Source of the DNA: Azolla caroliniana
Lineage: Eukaryota > Plantae > Polypodiophyta
NCBI GenBank assembly: GCA_043228905.1
Contig: JBHGNT010000016.1
Span: forward strand, 13,888,001 to 13,952,000
Direction: 5' to 3'
DNA length: 64,000 nt
Shown: piece by piece, positions 60,581 through 64,000 of the stretch
Position numbering within the stretch: the stretch's first letter is position 1
Layout: every line of letters starts with the position of its first letter
Notes under the pieces: generated by a model
Seen by the model: only the letters and a program-made list of their open reading frames with translations
Database searches by the model: none
What the model was told of the DNA's origin: nothing
Translations under genes and position numbers: made by a program

Positions 60581-62878
60581 TTATACATTTTTCCTTTCTT
60601 TGTTTGGTATTTACCCTCAATCCGATATCCATTTCCCTTTGATTTCTCCTTATAAGTCAATCTTTACATATCACCATAACTACCCTTCTTATTGTCGAGA
60701 ACCATAGCACGCACTCCTTGTTTTTAGACCTTTCGGTCTATAGAGTAAAGATAGAGAAACTTTACTAGTACACAAGCTATTGCACATGGATGTTGGATCC
60801 AAGAACTTAATTCCACTTGACATTACATAAAGGGTGACTCATCAACTATGATGTCCATCAAATCGGGATAGATTCATTGGGAGATTTCCATCACATACCT
60901 AATAGTCAGCATCAAGTCTATAAATTTGGAGTTAATGGATGGGAATGAATTCACAATATGCCAGAATTGAACGAATTCACCATGTGCTTGAGCTAACAAG
61001 GAAATAGATATTGGTTGGTTTATCATGAGATCAGATACCATTCAGTATTTGCAAAGCAACATTCAATATTATAAGGGGAAATGATGTTGAGAGGGACCAC
61101 AAATTGGTCTCCTTGTATCTGGTGCATTTGTCTTTTGAGGAGAGCACATATTAGCAATATGTTTAATCAAATCAAAAGATCACATTCTAGCATGGCTGGT
61201 TGAGGCATACGTTAAGGATTAGAATGATGATGTTGGACTCCAAGTCATGGTAGCTTTATCTTACACTAACTTTGAATTGTGATAGCTCATGCTTGAAAAT
61301 TATTCAAAATGACATCAACAAGACAAATGTAGAGGTTGTTATAATGTTGTTGGCGGTTTTGGTATCCAACATGTGCAAGGTTACGCTTATGCAATCACTT
61401 GGGCATTTTTTTACTTGTCTACAACATAACACCATTTGAGTGTACCCCTTGAAGACGAGACAAGATTCTCAAGAAAATCAAGGTGTCCTTAGTTGCCTTG
61501 GAGGCTGAGAAGGGCCTGAAGGTAAAGGTTGGTTAGTTAGACAATGGCCACGATTTCAATTACTTATAGACCTTTTCAAGGAACCCACAAGAGCTTATGA
61601 CCCCCCGTATACTCCAAGACTACTCACATAGTGGCAAAGTCTACTTAAAGCTCCTCTAAACATGCTTCACTATAACCCTATCTATAAGAAATTGGAGGCA
61701 GCAATGGAGAAGAGAATGAATGGTGTTACAAAGGATGGGAAGCACATGGCAAATTGAGATTGAATGAGCAAAGATATGCAAGTGAAACAAATAAAGAGTA
61801 TGGTACTGATAGAATTTGAATACGAGAAAAATAAGGACAGCCGACCTGAGGTGGAGGTAACTTGTCTCAAGTGAGAAAGAGGAGAGGCATGATTAGGTGC
61901 AGTGGGAAACCACTGTCTTGCAAATCACGTTTTCCATGACTCGCGAGTTGAAAGCATGATGAAGGACAAAAGATGGAAAAGGTTTTCCTATGCCAGAACA
62001 CATAATACGTCAATGCTGAATTTCTAAATGGCAACATAACTGCAAACCTTCCATAAATAAGTCTTCACAAGAGCAATTGATATACCTATCTCTTGTCAGG
62101 AGAACAAGGGCAGTATAGACAAAGTTCACAAAAAATGATGGATTTACAATCTATATAGTCGATTGAGATCAAGAGACTGCAATACATATACATCTTCATC
62201 AACATACACATATATCATTCAAATTCCACATTTGGGTAAGTAACACATACACAAGAAACCATCTTTAACGCTTAAGCATAAGAAATGCTTCAATTGTTCT
62301 GATGTACTTCATATTATAATCGAAAAAGGAACCAAGAACTCTTGGCATTAACAAATCCCTTCAGCTGCATTGAGATTTACATGTTACCACAAACTGTCCA
62401 TAATTTCCTGCATGGAACGTCTTGGTAAGCACAATTACATTATCGTGTCATTTTGAACAGCCTGGTTTTTTTTGTTCTTTTTAGAAAAACAGGGTCGTAA
62501 ATTCTCTGTTTTGTGTTCTTTATCCAACTCCCTTCTGCAAGATATACTGCCTTAAAAACCGCATGGTGTATACTTTAGGTGGAATTTGACATACTAGAAT
62601 AGTTTGTACCTGTAACTAGAGAGTTACATGATAATTTGCTGATATATCCTCCTATTACATGCAGCACAAATACCTGCTTTGCCAGCCATGTTCTCATAAG
62701 GAAGTTTCTTCTCCAGATGGACATTATGCTCATGTTTTAACAAGGCTTTATCCCAATATAAAAATCTATCCTTATTCTTCCAAAACCCGAAAACCCCTAC
62801 CTTGACATTTTTGTTTCGAACCACAACTAGATGAATTCTAGTTTTCGTTGAACAAATCTCGATGCATAGACCTCCTCT

Positions 62879-64000
62879 TCATCTTCTTCGTGGATAACCC
62901 GCCACTGGTGGCCGTCTCTGACGAGAATTCGCCATCCTTGAACCTTCCCAATCAGCCTTATGTACACTGCCTCCTCTACTTAATACTGTCATTGACGATG
63001 ACCAATTTGTCTGTTGTGCTGCTATATCATCTTCTTCACGATCATTATATTCTAGAACTCGTCTCTTGATATCTTGCTTCTCCTGTAGCTCTGCTGCCTC
63101 TTTCTGCTTTGTACTCTGAACAAGCGAAGAATCCCGCGGTATGTGAAGCTGTCTTGTTTGCTGTTTATTGCCTTTCTTAACAAGGACTCGGAAAGCCACA
63201 TTATTGCCACCATCTAGCTCATCTGCTATCTCATCTCCACTCTCTATATCTGTTATATTTCGGTTAATATGCTCTTTCGAGCTTTCAAACAAATTCATCG
63301 GAATCACCATGTTTAATGTGGGGCGTGATCGGATTTCAAGCTTCCTAGAATCAATGCTTTCCTGCATAACAGCTCGCAGCTCACGTTCAAATTCAGCTTC
63401 TTCTACAGGATCGATTTCTGCTGCTTTTTTCTGCTTTACTTTTACTTGATCTTCCTCATCAGAACCTGAGGCATCCCCTCTACCCTCTTCTTCTTCCTCC
63501 TCACCTTCATCATCATGTTCGTGATACTTATCTTCATCCAAGTCATCTTCCTCATCTTGCCCACCATCGCCATCACTGCTACCACTCTCAGAATCACTTT
63601 CTCCTCTAATTATTCCATCACCATTCTGTCTTTCCATTATCCCATTTCCCAATTCATTTTTCTGATCTGATTGGCTGGTTCCATTGGTGGAACTAGTTGT
63701 ATTTCCATAAGAAATATCTCCACTTACAGCTGGATCTTGGGCAATATTCCAAGTCACACCACTTTTTGACTTGTTATACTTCAATTCTTGCTCCTCCATG
63801 TCAATTATGGCAGCGGTCACCTCTTCAAAGGAAGTGTACCGTATCATTTTGGGTCGTAATTTTGCGAAAAGATCCTGAAGTATAATCCTTGAGATGAATT
63901 GAACAAAGAGAATACACACTAGGACATGCAATCAAAACATGTGAATTTTGAAGGCATACATACCTGAAGATCAAACTCAACATCTAAAGGAATCAAGCCT
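62879..64000 (-). CDS. UPF2: UPF2 (regulator of nonsense transcripts 2), last two coding exons: 63964-64000 (partial) and 62879-63874
   Basis: PLDVEFDLQ|DLFAKLRPKMIRY joined by an 89-nt GT-AG intron (63875-63963); acidic tract; EAEFERELRAVMQES..FRVLVKKGNKQQTRQLHIP..EKQDIKRRVLEY Upf2 C-domain. Confidence 0.93.

Larger units (their letters stand above)
57309..60740. mobile_element. Penelope-like retroelement locus with outward-facing (inverted) ends
   Basis: PLE-type RT, hammerhead motif, inverted terminal motif aggtcta..acaaggagtgcg at 57309-57337 and 60710-60740, purine/pyrimidine skew flips near 58500. Confidence 0.8.

Noticed and set aside
60750-62600. Gene or TE between the PLE and UPF2
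   Set aside because: No interpretable ORF, termini or motifs were found.
63875-63931. N-terminus of track ORF 62879-63931
   Set aside because: It is intron sequence of UPF2, not a start.

Overview
Plant nuclear DNA, most likely from a fern or other non-seed vascular plant (inferred from the PPR style and TE families). There are three host genes, all on the minus strand: a long PLS-class PPR gene (6729-10229), an intronless SAUR gene (53990-54694) and the last two coding exons of UPF2 (62879-64000). Most of the remainder is retroelement DNA. 1-3.3 kb is a patchwork of Gypsy/Copia relics. 11-52.4 kb is a nested LTR-retrotransposon block. It holds a TSD-flanked non-chromovirus Ty3/gypsy element (12557-27900) with a ~1037-codon extra 3' ORF, a near-intact tandem Copia inside that element, several Copia elements nested up to 4-5 levels deep, and a 1.3-kb mini-chromovirus with a Tf1-type self-priming site instead of a tRNA PBS. 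At 57.3-60.7 kb is a Penelope-like retroelement with outward-facing ends, a hammerhead-ribozyme motif, no C-terminal GIY-YIG domain, an embedded LINE 3' end and tandem tRNA-like heads. Coordinates were read by eye: TSD/LTR boundaries should be exact or nearly so, while relic boundaries are approximate.
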